A stretch of 64,000 bases of DNA from Candidatus Brockarchaeota archaeon (GTDB lineage Archaea; Thermoproteota; EX4484-205; JAAOZP01), in the NCBI GenBank assembly GCA_017601225.1, contig JAFNIX010000005.1:55831-119830 (forward strand), written 5' to 3'. The stretch's first letter is position 1; each line of letters starts with the position of its first letter. This document shows, piece by piece, positions 1 through 9,401 of this stretch. The notes below the pieces were generated by a model. That model was not told where the DNA came from. It was given only the letters and a program-made list of their open reading frames with translations, and did not search any database. The translations under genes were made by a program, and so were the position numbers.

Positions 1-1224
1 GTTTTCAATTTAGAAAACGAGTCGCTGGAAAAGATTCGGCAAACGTATTATGAACTAAGTTCCAAAGGATTCAGGATCCTGGGAGTGTCATACAAAAATG
101 TCGAGGAGAAAGCAGAATACTCCGTAGATGACGAAAACGAGATGATCTTCGTTGGATTCGTCGCTTTTATGGATCCTCCTAAGGAAACCGCTAGAGAAGC
201 CTTGAGATCATTGAGGAAATCTGGCATAGAGCTCAAGATCGTCACAGGCGATAACGAGTTGGTCACAAGGAATATATGCGAACAACTCGGGTTCGAAATC
301 AAAAGAATCGTCCTCGGGAGCGATATTGCCAAATTGCAGGATGATGGGCTCGCAAGGATTGTGGAGGAGGCCAACGTATTTGCCAGAGTTACCCCTCCTC
401 AGAAGGACAGGATCATCAATGCTCTGATGAGGAACGGACATGTCGTGGGTTTTCTCGGAGATGGCATCAACGATGCATCCTCGATGAAGATAGCGGACGT
501 CGGCATATCGGTCGACAATGCCGTAGATGTCGCGAAGGAATCTGCGGACATCATCCTATTGCAGAAGGACCTAGGAGTGCTGTTGGATGGGATCTTGGAA
601 GGCAGAAAGACTTTCGGCAATACTATGAAATACATCATGATGGGAACTAGCTCTAATTTCGGAAATATGTTCAGCGCCGCATTTGCATCTCTATTTCTTC
701 CGTTTCTACCGATGTTGCCAACACAGATACTCCTAAACAACCTTCTTTATGATTTATCTGAGATGGTCATTCCGACAGACAATGTCGACGAAGAATACAT
801 TGAAAAGCCTAAGAGATTGAATGTCTCCTTCATAAGGAGATTCATGATGATCTTCGGTCCGATAAGTTCCGTCTTTGACTTCCTGACTTTCTTCATAATG
901 TTATATGCTTTTAACGCAACTGAACCACTATTTCAGACCGCTTGGTTCCTTGAATCCTTATTCACGCAGACTCTGGTGATATTCGTCATAAGAACAAGAA
1001 GATGTCCCTTCTTCAGGAGCAAGCCAAGCAGATTCTTACTCTTCAGCAGTCTAGTCATTCCCGCCCTGGCACTCATAATACCCTTCACACCGCTAGGTAC
1101 ACTATTCGGATTTGTTAGGCCGCCATTGGTGTTCCTTGTATTCCTTGCGGGAATAACCACCGTCTACCTAATGCTGGTCGAGATCGTTAAGAAATGGTTC
1201 TATAAGGCATGGGCCAATCTGTGA
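1..1224 (+). CDS. mgtA: Mg2+-transporting P-type ATPase (P3B), C-terminal part; 5' end lies outside the window
   Basis: Frame open from base 1; DPPK, TGDN, FARVTP, GFLGDGINDA hinge, and the MgtA-typical SSNFGNMFS, LPMLPTQILLNNLLYD and FQTAWFLES. Confidence 0.9.
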   Translation, partial: VFNLENESLEKIRQTYYELSSKGFRILGVSYKNVEEKAEYSVDDENEMIFVGFVAFMDPPKETAREALRSLRKSGIELKIVTGDNELVTRNICEQLGFEIKRIVLGSDIAKLQDDGLARIVEEANVFARVTPPQKDRIINALMRNGHVVGFLGDGINDASSMKIADVGISVDNAVDVAKESADIILLQKDLGVLLDGILEGRKTFGNTMKYIMMGTSSNFGNMFSAAFASLFLPFLPMLPTQILLNNLLYDLSEMVIPTDNVDEEYIEKPKRLNVSFIRRFMMIFGPISSVFDFLTFFIMLYAFNATEPLFQTAWFLESLFTQTLVIFVIRTRRCPFFRSKPSRFLLFSSLVIPALALIIPFTPLGTLFGFVRPPLVFLVFLAGITTVYLMLVEIVKKWFYKAWANL

Positions 1225-1575
1225 CACGGACAACTATCGTTTCCCTCAGGAGAAGCACAACGCGCGCTAACCATTCTCAAGAATGTTGAGGGCAGCGTTA
1301 TAATTTCCATCATTAAAATGGTTGCTCAGTTAAACCCGCCATGTACCATCCGTCACCGATTCCTTGTCATCGGTTCATACTCCTACGCGAGGTCCTCCGG
1401 TACAGTCATCATCGCTATGCTAAATTTAGCATCACCATAGATCCCTGACCGTTTGCTTTAACATGAAGATGGCTCATTCTACCGCCTCAACTCCCGTCGA
1501 CAGAGTATGTTATTGCTACTATGGTAGTTGGAAATCGATTATTAGGCCATTGCTCTAGTACCGCTTTTCTCTTTT

Positions 1576-4047
1576 TTACCATTTTAAATACTGCTTTTTC
1601 ATGAGAATGTATTTAATAAAATCGTTTATTATCAGCGAGAATATTGCGGAATACCCTAGCACTGTAAGCATGAGAATCGGAGGCAGCGGCTTTAGACTAG
1701 GCATGCCGAATAGCGCTATGAGGATCGCTACCGTTAAATCAAGCACCACTGCTATTAGTAAAGCTTTTCCAGGTTTAGAATGCCAGAAGTGTCCTCTCTC
1801 CCTTGCTACGAGTATTGAGAATAAGGCGAACAAGAGGAGTGTTTGGAAGCTGAACATATGTAGGGTTTGCTCGTCACTCAGTATGTTAAAGAATCTGATT
1901 CCGATGAATAGTAATCCGAATGCTTCTAGAACCATGAGTGAACCCAGAATTATTGCCACTTTCATGAGTCCTGTTATGTTCCATTTGCAGGGGTTCTTAG
2001 ACCATCTTACATTATCAGTGGATAAAGATATTTTCACGAAATCCGTCATAAATAGCATTAGGAGCATTGCAGAAGAAGATATAACGTACTTGCCCGTAAG
2101 CAGGAAGGCTGAAACCACAAAGACGGTCTTCAGTATGGTTCTAGTTATCTTGTTCAGAATCCAAGTGTTTATTCTTTCGAATATGGATCTGCCGATTTCA
2201 ACCAGAGTCAACATGCTTGTTAAACCCTCGCTGGTCAGCACAACGCTGGCAGCTCCTTTAGCCACATCAGTGGCGTTTGCAACAGCTATGCCTACTTCAG
2301 CCTGCCTTAAGGCGGGTGCATCATTCACACCGTCACCAGTCATTCCAACTATGTGAGCCCTCTCCTGAAGACTCTTCACAATCACGTATTTATCTTCAGG
2401 ATAAACCTCCGCGAAGCCACTGCTTCCCTCAGCTATTTCTCCAGCCCTAGATTGATCGCCCTTCATGAGCTCTTTAAGCTCTGACGCTTTGATCACATTG
2501 TTTCCGAGGCCGATCTCCTTTGCTATTTCCTTGGCTATTGGTAACGCATCGCCTGTCATCATCTTGACAGCCACGCCTAGGCTTTTAAGCTCCTCAATAA
2601 GGTTTTTAGCATCCGGTCTGGGCGCGTCATATAATGCTGCCAGCCCCACGAGTTCAAACGATTCATCCCCAATAGATTTCGCCACAGCTATTGTTCGATA
2701 ACCCCTCTGAGTGAACTTGTCAACTTTCTCCATGACCTCCTTTAACCTGTTATCATCCAGCCTACATATTTCAGCCACAGTGTTAACAGCACCTTTGACA
2801 ACCCTGAACTCTGAACCATTAACCTGTATTAGTGCCTCAGTTCTACGCGTCTTAGGATCGAACGGTATGAAAGATTTCTGCGTGAAATCGTCAAGAGGCA
2901 ATTTTCTCCGCCTAGCCATGTCTATGAAGGCCAAGTCTATCGGGTCCTGATTAGCCTCCTGAGAAGCTAAGGCTCCGCAGAGAATAACCTCATCCTCATC
3001 ATGGTTGCCCAGCGGCTTTACATCAACCATAGAAAGCCTATTCATCGTTATTGTACCTGTTTTATCTACACATAGAACATCCATGCTTGCAGCATCATCG
3101 GACGCGCTGAGCCTCGTTACCAACACGTTTTTACCGGCTAGCTCCATGGATCCCACAGCCATGCTGACCGTAAACATGGCTGGTAAAGCAACTGGTACAG
3201 CACCCAGCATTAATACGAGCATTAACGGCAAAATTTCCAGCAAGTCTATTCCCCTGATCACGGAGAATATTGCTGCTATGCACAGCATTACTCCAACTAT
3301 GACTAGAAGCCATTTGAGGACTCTGGAGACCACTTCCTCCATGTGCAGTTTAGGACGTGCAACTTGAACGAGCTGAGCTGTCCTGCCAAAATACGTTTTA
3401 ACGCCTGTAAGCACAACTATGCCGGTGGATTCTCCCCGCCTTATAATGGAGCCCGAGTACAATATGTCACCTAGCCTCTTCTCAACCTCCATAGATTCAC
3501 CGGTTAATGCTGACTGGTCAACCCAAACCTCACCGATAGCGATTTTAATATCTGCTGGAACAAAGTCACCAGCCCTGACTCTAACAACATCTCCAGGTAC
3601 AAGCTCTCTCGATGGAACTAGCCTCCAAACACCATCCCTGAGAACCCTAGCGTTAATTTGAAGCTTACTCTTTAGAAGTTCCACGGCTTTAGAAGCCCTC
3701 TGTTCTTGAATAAACCCCAATATAGAGTTTAATACGAGCAAGGCCGTTACAGTGTATAAGTCTATATATTTACCCAGTACAAGTGCGAGGACTATTATGG
3801 CCTCAAGCATCCAAGCAGTTAAACCCCAAAACTTCCTGACAAACAAAACAATAGGATGAACTTTTTTCTCAGGGACCTCGTTGTAACCATACTGCTTTAA
3901 TCTGCGATCAACTTCGCTTTGACTTAATCCCAAGCCTAAATCAGTTTTCAGAAGATTTACAGTTTCCTCTATAGTCTTTTTCCGGAAGTCTTGCATTACA
4001 TTGTTCATAGGCTTCATCAAGTTATTCATTTTTAAGTCTATTGGCAA
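1576..4047 (-). CDS. Plasma-membrane proton-efflux P-type ATPase (P3A); start may be ATG 4029 or later
   Basis: DQSALTGES, DKTGT phosphorylation site, GAVPVALPAM in TM4, QDPID, MTGDGVNDAPAL; compact 823 aa. Confidence 0.88.
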   Translation of the reverse strand: MPIDLKMNNLMKPMNNVMQDFRKKTIEETVNLLKTDLGLGLSQSEVDRRLKQYGYNEVPEKKVHPIVLFVRKFWGLTAWMLEAIIVLALVLGKYIDLYTVTALLVLNSILGFIQEQRASKAVELLKSKLQINARVLRDGVWRLVPSRELVPGDVVRVRAGDFVPADIKIAIGEVWVDQSALTGESMEVEKRLGDILYSGSIIRRGESTGIVVLTGVKTYFGRTAQLVQVARPKLHMEEVVSRVLKWLLVIVGVMLCIAAIFSVIRGIDLLEILPLMLVLMLGAVPVALPAMFTVSMAVGSMELAGKNVLVTRLSASDDAASMDVLCVDKTGTITMNRLSMVDVKPLGNHDEDEVILCGALASQEANQDPIDLAFIDMARRRKLPLDDFTQKSFIPFDPKTRRTEALIQVNGSEFRVVKGAVNTVAEICRLDDNRLKEVMEKVDKFTQRGYRTIAVAKSIGDESFELVGLAALYDAPRPDAKNLIEELKSLGVAVKMMTGDALPIAKEIAKEIGLGNNVIKASELKELMKGDQSRAGEIAEGSSGFAEVYPEDKYVIVKSLQERAHIVGMTGDGVNDAPALRQAEVGIAVANATDVAKGAASVVLTSEGLTSMLTLVEIGRSIFERINTWILNKITRTILKTVFVVSAFLLTGKYVISSSAMLLMLFMTDFVKISLSTDNVRWSKNPCKWNITGLMKVAIILGSLMVLEAFGLLFIGIRFFNILSDEQTLHMFSFQTLLLFALFSILVARERGHFWHSKPGKALLIAVVLDLTVAILIALFGMPSLKPLPPILMLTVLGYSAIFSLIINDFIKYILMKKQYLKW

Positions 4048-4140
4048 GTTCCCCTTACAGATGCAATAGCACGCGTTATCTTACTTTCGACTTTATAAGA
4101 ATCCACTAAGGATAGATTTAAAAGAAGTTTAAAGAGTGAA

Positions 4141-5154
4141 ATGAAAGAGGTGAGCGTGATACCTTTGTATTGTCCTAAATGTGGTGCACAACTTCCAGAT
4201 GACGCAATATTTTGCATGAAATGTGGAGTTAGGATTTCTGCTTCACCTGCGCCGCAGGCTCCATTAACACCTGTTATCGCCTCCTTAGAAGCTAAATCGC
4301 TTACGTGTCCTCACTGTGGGGCTCCAATTACGCCGAAATTCGGTGAAATGATTATAAGTTGTGAGTACTGTGGAACCGCCGTAGTATTGGAAAGTGAAGG
4401 TTGGAGAGGCATACATAAGCAAACAATGCTGCCGCTTAAGTTGGCGGAACGAGACAAAGTAGTTACTGAAATTCGCAGCCTAATGGACAGGGGGTTGTTG
4501 CATAGACACCTTTATGAGGGATCAACGCTGGAGGAAATGAACTTAAGCTTCGTTCCATACTGGATTGTCTCAGTTTCAGCAAGAACCTCGATAATAGCCA
4601 GCGACATAGCAGTTCAAGCTGGAGAAATCGCCACAACAGCAGCTCTCTTCGGCATTATGGGATCAGCAATGAGTGGCAGAAGACGCGGAGTAGGCATAGC
4701 AGGGCCTATTCTTGCAGGGGCAATGCTTGGCACCACGATGGGACCTAGCCAAGCAGGTGCAAAAAGAGCTTATCAAATGGATAATAACTACAACTTAGCC
4801 ATTGTAGCTGTCAAAGCATTTAACGAGTATCAGCCAAAGAGCTATCAATTCAACTTGCATGAGAGAATGCTTTTTGATATTTCTAAAATTCCAAAAGGCG
4901 TAAAAATCTTGAATGGAGACGTAGGGGAGGAATCGGCAAAATATCAGGCGAAAACTCTCGCAGACCAACTGCAATCAGAGAAGGCGCATGCACAGTACCA
5001 TATGATCCAACAGCTTCACACGGATGTGGATATTGCAGAAACCGAGCTGCTTTATGCGCCAATATGGTTCGCCCAATACGACCATAAAGGCAATAAGATA
5101 ATCCTTATCATTGATGGCAACTCCGGGGGCGTAATCAACAGCATAGGTCTATGA
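4141..5154 (+). CDS. Zinc-ribbon domain protein
   Basis: CPKC..CMKC and CPHC..CEYC ribbons, central Gly/Ala hydrophobic segment, C-terminal LLYAPIW..Y..IIDGNSG. Confidence 0.75.
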   Translation: MKEVSVIPLYCPKCGAQLPDDAIFCMKCGVRISASPAPQAPLTPVIASLEAKSLTCPHCGAPITPKFGEMIISCEYCGTAVVLESEGWRGIHKQTMLPLKLAERDKVVTEIRSLMDRGLLHRHLYEGSTLEEMNLSFVPYWIVSVSARTSIIASDIAVQAGEIATTAALFGIMGSAMSGRRRGVGIAGPILAGAMLGTTMGPSQAGAKRAYQMDNNYNLAIVAVKAFNEYQPKSYQFNLHERMLFDISKIPKGVKILNGDVGEESAKYQAKTLADQLQSEKAHAQYHMIQQLHTDVDIAETELLYAPIWFAQYDHKGNKIILIIDGNSGGVINSIGL

Positions 5155-5433
5155 GCCTAGCGTGTAGCCTAATGTTGCAAGGGGTTTTCTCTTACCCAGC
5201 TTATCGCTTAGCCAACCAGAGTACGTCTTAACGAAGCTGGAGGAGAAGTCTGCCAGTCCCTCTATTAAGCCTAAGATTTCGGCTGAACCATGCAATTCGA
5301 TTGTCAAGAATTGGGCAAGAATGGATGTAGCCATTTCATGGCTTGTGTCACTGAATAGGCTCGTGAAACCCATTGCCATCACATTTCTGTTCAGCCATTT
5401 TCTACTGTTTTGATTGTTTAATCTACATTTCAT
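5149..5433 (-). pseudogene. Truncated MFS transporter (first about 3 TMs only)
   Basis: SLFSDTSHEM..GLIEG..GWLSDKLGKRKP (MFS motif A), then a stop after 94 aa where it meets the convergent gene. Confidence 0.75.
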
Positions 5434-5526
5434 TTTTTACGAGCCTCACACACTAATGCATGCTAATAAACTTTCGGAAGCCTGACTAAGCTCTAGGAAT
5501 AAGATCATGATGAGCTAAAAAGTTTA

Positions 5527-5563
5527 AATTTAGTAACCTCCTAAATTAGGCTATGCCTAAATT
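5527..5563. promoter_or_regulatory. Two overlapping TTAG-N7-CTAA inverted repeats, putative DtxR-family operators over the TATA box and start codon
   Basis: aatttag-taacctc-ctaaatt (5527-5547) and ttag-gctatgc-ctaa (5546-5560); TATA-like tttaaatt at 5523-5530. Confidence 0.65.
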
Positions 5564-6002
5564 AAGAGGGGCTAAACAGGTTTCCGTGAGGTTAACTACG
5601 AGAGAAGCAGAGTACTTAAAAACGGTTTTCAGGCTTCTTTCGGGAAGAGAAAAAGTTGGGAGTCTCGAGGTGGCGGTTGCAATGGGGGTTTCATGTGCAA
5701 CTGCAAGCGAGTATCTTAAGAAGCTTTTTGAAAAGGGTATGCTTGAAAGAAACCCTTGGAGAGGTGTCAGCCTGTCTAAATCAGGCCTCAGGGAGGTAAA
5801 CAGGATAATCAGGAACCACAGAGTTTTCGAAACATACGTGTACAGGGTTCTTTCAATCAGTCTGGAGGATGCTTGCGAATGCGCGAGCATGGTTGAGCAG
5901 TATCTTCCTGAGAAGATTGTCGACTCCATGTGCAGTGCTCTGGGCCATCCTAAGACCTGCCCTCATAAGAACCATATTCCGGGAGGCAGGTCCTGTTGCT
6001 GA
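5553..6002 (+). CDS. DtxR/MntR family metal-dependent transcriptional regulator
   Basis: EYLKTVF wHTH, RNHRVFETY, LGHPKTCPH. Confidence 0.9.
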   Translation: MPKLRGAKQVSVRLTTREAEYLKTVFRLLSGREKVGSLEVAVAMGVSCATASEYLKKLFEKGMLERNPWRGVSLSKSGLREVNRIIRNHRVFETYVYRVLSISLEDACECASMVEQYLPEKIVDSMCSALGHPKTCPHKNHIPGGRSCC

Positions 6003-7018
6003 GAAATGCGATTGGAATCATGCTTCTTGCAACGGTTTTCCTGACTTTTTCAACCATGTATACTGGTGCTCGGCTGGATGGGAAGACCAAGATAGTTGTC
6101 ACGATGGATATTCTGAGGCCGATTGTCTCCTCTATAATAGGCAGCAGGGGAGAAGTCTATTCGATTGTTCCAGGGGATGCTGAGCCGCATGGCTTCACTC
6201 TTACTCCTGAAGTGGTGAGAAAAGCTTCCGATGCTGACCTGATAGTTATAACCGGCCACATGGAGTGGGAGAAGGATCTTGTGAAACGGGTTGCGGAGGA
6301 AAGAGGTGTTGAAGCCGGTTCAATAACGCTAAACCTTCTTGACTTGGTTGAGAGAAATGGTACTGTTCTTGAGCTGGAAGGCGGGAGGAATATTCACGGC
6401 TTCTGGCTTCTGCCTGATAACGCTGTCCTGATTGCGAGAGCCCTGAGAGACAGGCTTTCAAGCTTGAATCCTGAGTATTCAGAGGAATACTTATCCAACT
6501 ACATGTTTTTCGAGGAGAAGGTGTCCTATCTAAAGAGTTTTCTGGAAAGTCTTTCGGAGAAGCATGGCACGTCTGGAAGGAAGGTCGTCATAGGTTTCTA
6601 CGCTGAGCAATACGTTGTTGAAGCCATGGGTTTAAAAGCAGGCGCCATTCTAGTTGGCGAGGGAGAAGCCATAAGCCCGGGGTCTTTAAGCAGGGTTTAC
6701 GACGGGCTTAAGTCTGGAGAATATGCTTGCATAGTTGTCTCCGATACCGCTTTATTGATGAGCGGGGTTCAGAATGCTCTGCGAGAAGTCTCTAGGGATA
6801 CGGGTTGCAGAATAGCCTATGTTTCAGTAGTTTCAGCAAGCGGCGTGAAGGATTACGATTCAATAATGTATTATAATGCTGGGCAGGTTTACGGTGCACT
6901 CTTATCCGAGCGGGAAGCTGTTTCAAGCGGGATTAACATTTACCTTCTGACAACGCTTGCAGCATTGCTGGTGATCGTGCTTGAAACAATAATCTTAGTC
7001 AGGAGGAGTAGACCATGA
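5996..7018 (+). CDS. Metal ABC transporter substrate-binding protein (ZnuA/TroA family) with C-terminal membrane anchor
   Basis: Signal peptide, VPGDAEPH, NIHGFWL, C-terminal TM; operon context. Confidence 0.85.
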   Translation: MLRNAIGIMLLATVFLTFSTMYTGARLDGKTKIVVTMDILRPIVSSIIGSRGEVYSIVPGDAEPHGFTLTPEVVRKASDADLIVITGHMEWEKDLVKRVAEERGVEAGSITLNLLDLVERNGTVLELEGGRNIHGFWLLPDNAVLIARALRDRLSSLNPEYSEEYLSNYMFFEEKVSYLKSFLESLSEKHGTSGRKVVIGFYAEQYVVEAMGLKAGAILVGEGEAISPGSLSRVYDGLKSGEYACIVVSDTALLMSGVQNALREVSRDTGCRIAYVSVVSASGVKDYDSIMYYNAGQVYGALLSEREAVSSGINIYLLTTLAALLVIVLETIILVRRSRP

Positions 7019-7794
7019 GCACTCCAGTAATATCTGTTGAAAACGCTTCGGTGAGGCTCGATGGCCACTTGGTTTTAGAGGATGTTAGTTTCCAGGTTGA
7101 GTCGCCAGCGTTCATAACTGTCGTAGGGCCGAACGGGGCTGGCAAGACTACGCTTTTAAAGCTCCTCCTAGGCATGGTTAAGCCTTTCAAGGGAAGCGTC
7201 AAAGTGCTCGGTCTAAACCCTTTTACTGACTATGGCAGGCTCAGAGGGCTCGTTGGCTATGTCCCGCAGAAAGACAGGGTTTCCTACGAAACCCCGCTGA
7301 GGGTGAGCGAGGTTGTCCTAATGGGGATAGTTTTGAGGAAAAGTTTTCCCAGGGTTGTTTCAAAGGATGATGTTGAGTCTGCTAGAAGGGCTCTTGCATA
7401 CTTGGGTATGGAGGAACACTGGGGGTCATTTTTCAACGAGCTCAGCGGGGGGCAGCAGAGAAGGGTCCTGATAGCCAGGGCACTAGCATCCGACCCGTTG
7501 CTTCTACTGCTGGACGAAGTGTTCGCCGGGCTGGATTCCGAGAGCCAGGAGTACTTGATTAACGTTTTCAAAAAGTTGAAGGAGAGGGGGAGAACCATAG
7601 TTATCGTGGAGCATGAGGTCGACCCTATAATGGAGCTTACCGACAGGATTCTTGTTTTAAACAGGGTTTTATGCGTATACGGTGATCCAAGCGTGGTTTT
7701 AAGCGAGGACAAGCTGAAGCCAATCTATCCCTGTTTAAAAACTGTTGAAAGAGAGGGCCGGAGGTTCTTCATACTGGGTGATAAGCATGCTTGA
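7015..7794 (+). CDS. Metal ABC transporter ATPase (ZnuC-like)
   Basis: GPNGAGKT, GYVPQ, LSGGQQRR, LLLLDE, VEH. Confidence 0.92.
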   Translation: MSTPVISVENASVRLDGHLVLEDVSFQVESPAFITVVGPNGAGKTTLLKLLLGMVKPFKGSVKVLGLNPFTDYGRLRGLVGYVPQKDRVSYETPLRVSEVVLMGIVLRKSFPRVVSKDDVESARRALAYLGMEEHWGSFFNELSGGQQRRVLIARALASDPLLLLLDEVFAGLDSESQEYLINVFKKLKERGRTIVIVEHEVDPIMELTDRILVLNRVLCVYGDPSVVLSEDKLKPIYPCLKTVEREGRRFFILGDKHA

Positions 7795-8605
7795 CCCGTT
7801 TGTTTTAAGAGCAATACTCGGAGTTTTTTTCGCCTCGTTTTCAGCGCCGATTTCAGTAATCATGCTTCTAAGAGGAGCCCTCTACATTACTCCTGAGGTT
7901 TCACACGCCGCCTTAGGGGGTGCAGCAGTAGGCGTTTTAATCCAAGCCCTCCTCCCAGCAGCGGGAGACCCGTTTGTATTTGCAATTGTTTTCTGCGTGG
8001 CAACATCTATAATTGTTTCCCGTGTCGGTAGGAGCGGTCAGCAAGCCTTGGGTATGATGCTCAGCGTTTCCCTAGCTGTAAGCGTGATGCTCTACGCGAT
8101 CATAAGAAGCTATCTGCCGATAGACAGGAGAATTCTGGTTGACAGTTATCTTGTGAGCGACCTTCTACTGCTTTCAGAAATGGATGTGCTCAGCCTGGCG
8201 GGTGCGTCAACCGTTGCGCTCATTGTCACCATAATGTTTTACAGGGAGTTTATCTACATTTGCTTCGACATGGAGACCGCTGAATCGTTCGGCCTTAAAA
8301 CAGGGCTATACGACTCGCTGCTGTTCACTGTTTCCGCGATAACCGCCGCTGTCGTGGCGAGAACCATGGGCATTCTTCTTTCCGTCACGCTTCTCGTAAT
8401 CCCTGCAGCAGTCTCAAGGCTGCTGGCCCGCCGCATAAGCATGATGCTGCTAGCGTCTTTCACAGTTGAGGTCATATCTGGATTAGGAGGTATTGCAGTA
8501 TCACTGCTCTACGATATTCCGACTAGTGGCGCAATAGCCCTGGTCTCAATCATGCTGTTTTCAGCATGCTATCTTTTCAAACTGGTTTTGAAAAAGCAGA
8601 AATAG
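7787..8605 (+). CDS. Metal ABC transporter permease (ZnuB-like)
   Basis: SHAALGG, ICFD.ETAESFG, multiple TMs; ATG 7787 overlaps the ATPase stop. Confidence 0.88.
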   Translation: MLDPFVLRAILGVFFASFSAPISVIMLLRGALYITPEVSHAALGGAAVGVLIQALLPAAGDPFVFAIVFCVATSIIVSRVGRSGQQALGMMLSVSLAVSVMLYAIIRSYLPIDRRILVDSYLVSDLLLLSEMDVLSLAGASTVALIVTIMFYREFIYICFDMETAESFGLKTGLYDSLLFTVSAITAAVVARTMGILLSVTLLVIPAAVSRLLARRISMMLLASFTVEVISGLGGIAVSLLYDIPTSGAIALVSIMLFSACYLFKLVLKKQK

Positions 8606-8657
8606 TATCGTCCTCTTACTATAAGCCTTAATATAAGGTAAGCGTTTTATTCCGCGA

Positions 8658-9401
8658 ATGATTCTCCCCCTCGTGCGCAACCGAAGAGTTTCAAAGGCTA
8701 GGCTTGTATCGTCGGCAGCCCTTTCCACCGCTCTAGTCTTCGTGGCGACAGCATCCGTCTCCATATATATCCCGGCCACCAGGGGCTATTTTAACCTAGG
8801 GGACTCCATGATCTTCCTAACCGCCCTGTTGTTCGGCCCCCTCGTAGGGCTTCTCGCGGGTGGATTAGGATCAATGCTGAGCGACCTTTTCCTAGGTTAT
8901 ACTGTTTATGCTCCCGCCACCCTGATCGTTAAAGGTGTTGAAGGCTTCCTAACAGGTTTTCTCCACGAGGTTTTTGCTGGAAAGGAGTCGCGGGCTACTC
9001 GGCTCCTGATGGTCCTCCTGCCGGTGCCAACAGTGATTCTCGGAACCATGCTGGTCCTGTTTCTTTTCACAGGAGAGGCTGAGGTGTCGCTGCTCACAAT
9101 ATACTCGGCTACAGTAGCCTATCAGCCTATTCTCTTCACAATCCTCATCGTACTAGCGGCATCGCTAATATTCATTCTGAGAGTCTACAGGGAGAACCTG
9201 CCGTTAATAGTGCCATGCTTCATAGGGGGTTTCGAAATGGTTCTAGGATACTTCCTCTACGAGCTTTCCCTATACCAGTTGGGAGCAGTCTTCGAGGTGC
9301 CTGCGAACTTCGCTCAAACCTTCCTAGGGACACTAGTAGCTGTGCCGCTTTACAACGCTGTTGCGAAGAGAATAGGGCAATCAAGGATAATCAGCCGATA
9401 G
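8658..9401 (+). CDS. ECF transporter substrate-specific (S) component
   Basis: GYFNLGDSMI..FGP..G..AGGLGS.LSDL..GY..YAPATLIVKG.EG; hydrophobic. Confidence 0.82.
   Translation: MILPLVRNRRVSKARLVSSAALSTALVFVATASVSIYIPATRGYFNLGDSMIFLTALLFGPLVGLLAGGLGSMLSDLFLGYTVYAPATLIVKGVEGFLTGFLHEVFAGKESRATRLLMVLLPVPTVILGTMLVLFLFTGEAEVSLLTIYSATVAYQPILFTILIVLAASLIFILRVYRENLPLIVPCFIGGFEMVLGYFLYELSLYQLGAVFEVPANFAQTFLGTLVAVPLYNAVAKRIGQSRIISR

Noticed and set aside
399..740. Antisense ORF containing RDANAALNI, which looks like a TnpB C-terminus
   Set aside because: It lies wholly antisense to a conserved part of mgtA (SSNFGNMFSAAFASL), so it is a chance shadow. This also shows the motif is weak evidence.
1601..3661. 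Long plus-strand ORFs opposite the P3A ATPase, and similar shadow ORFs throughout the window
   Set aside because: Ser/Pro/Thr-rich translations without motifs, antisense to well-supported genes
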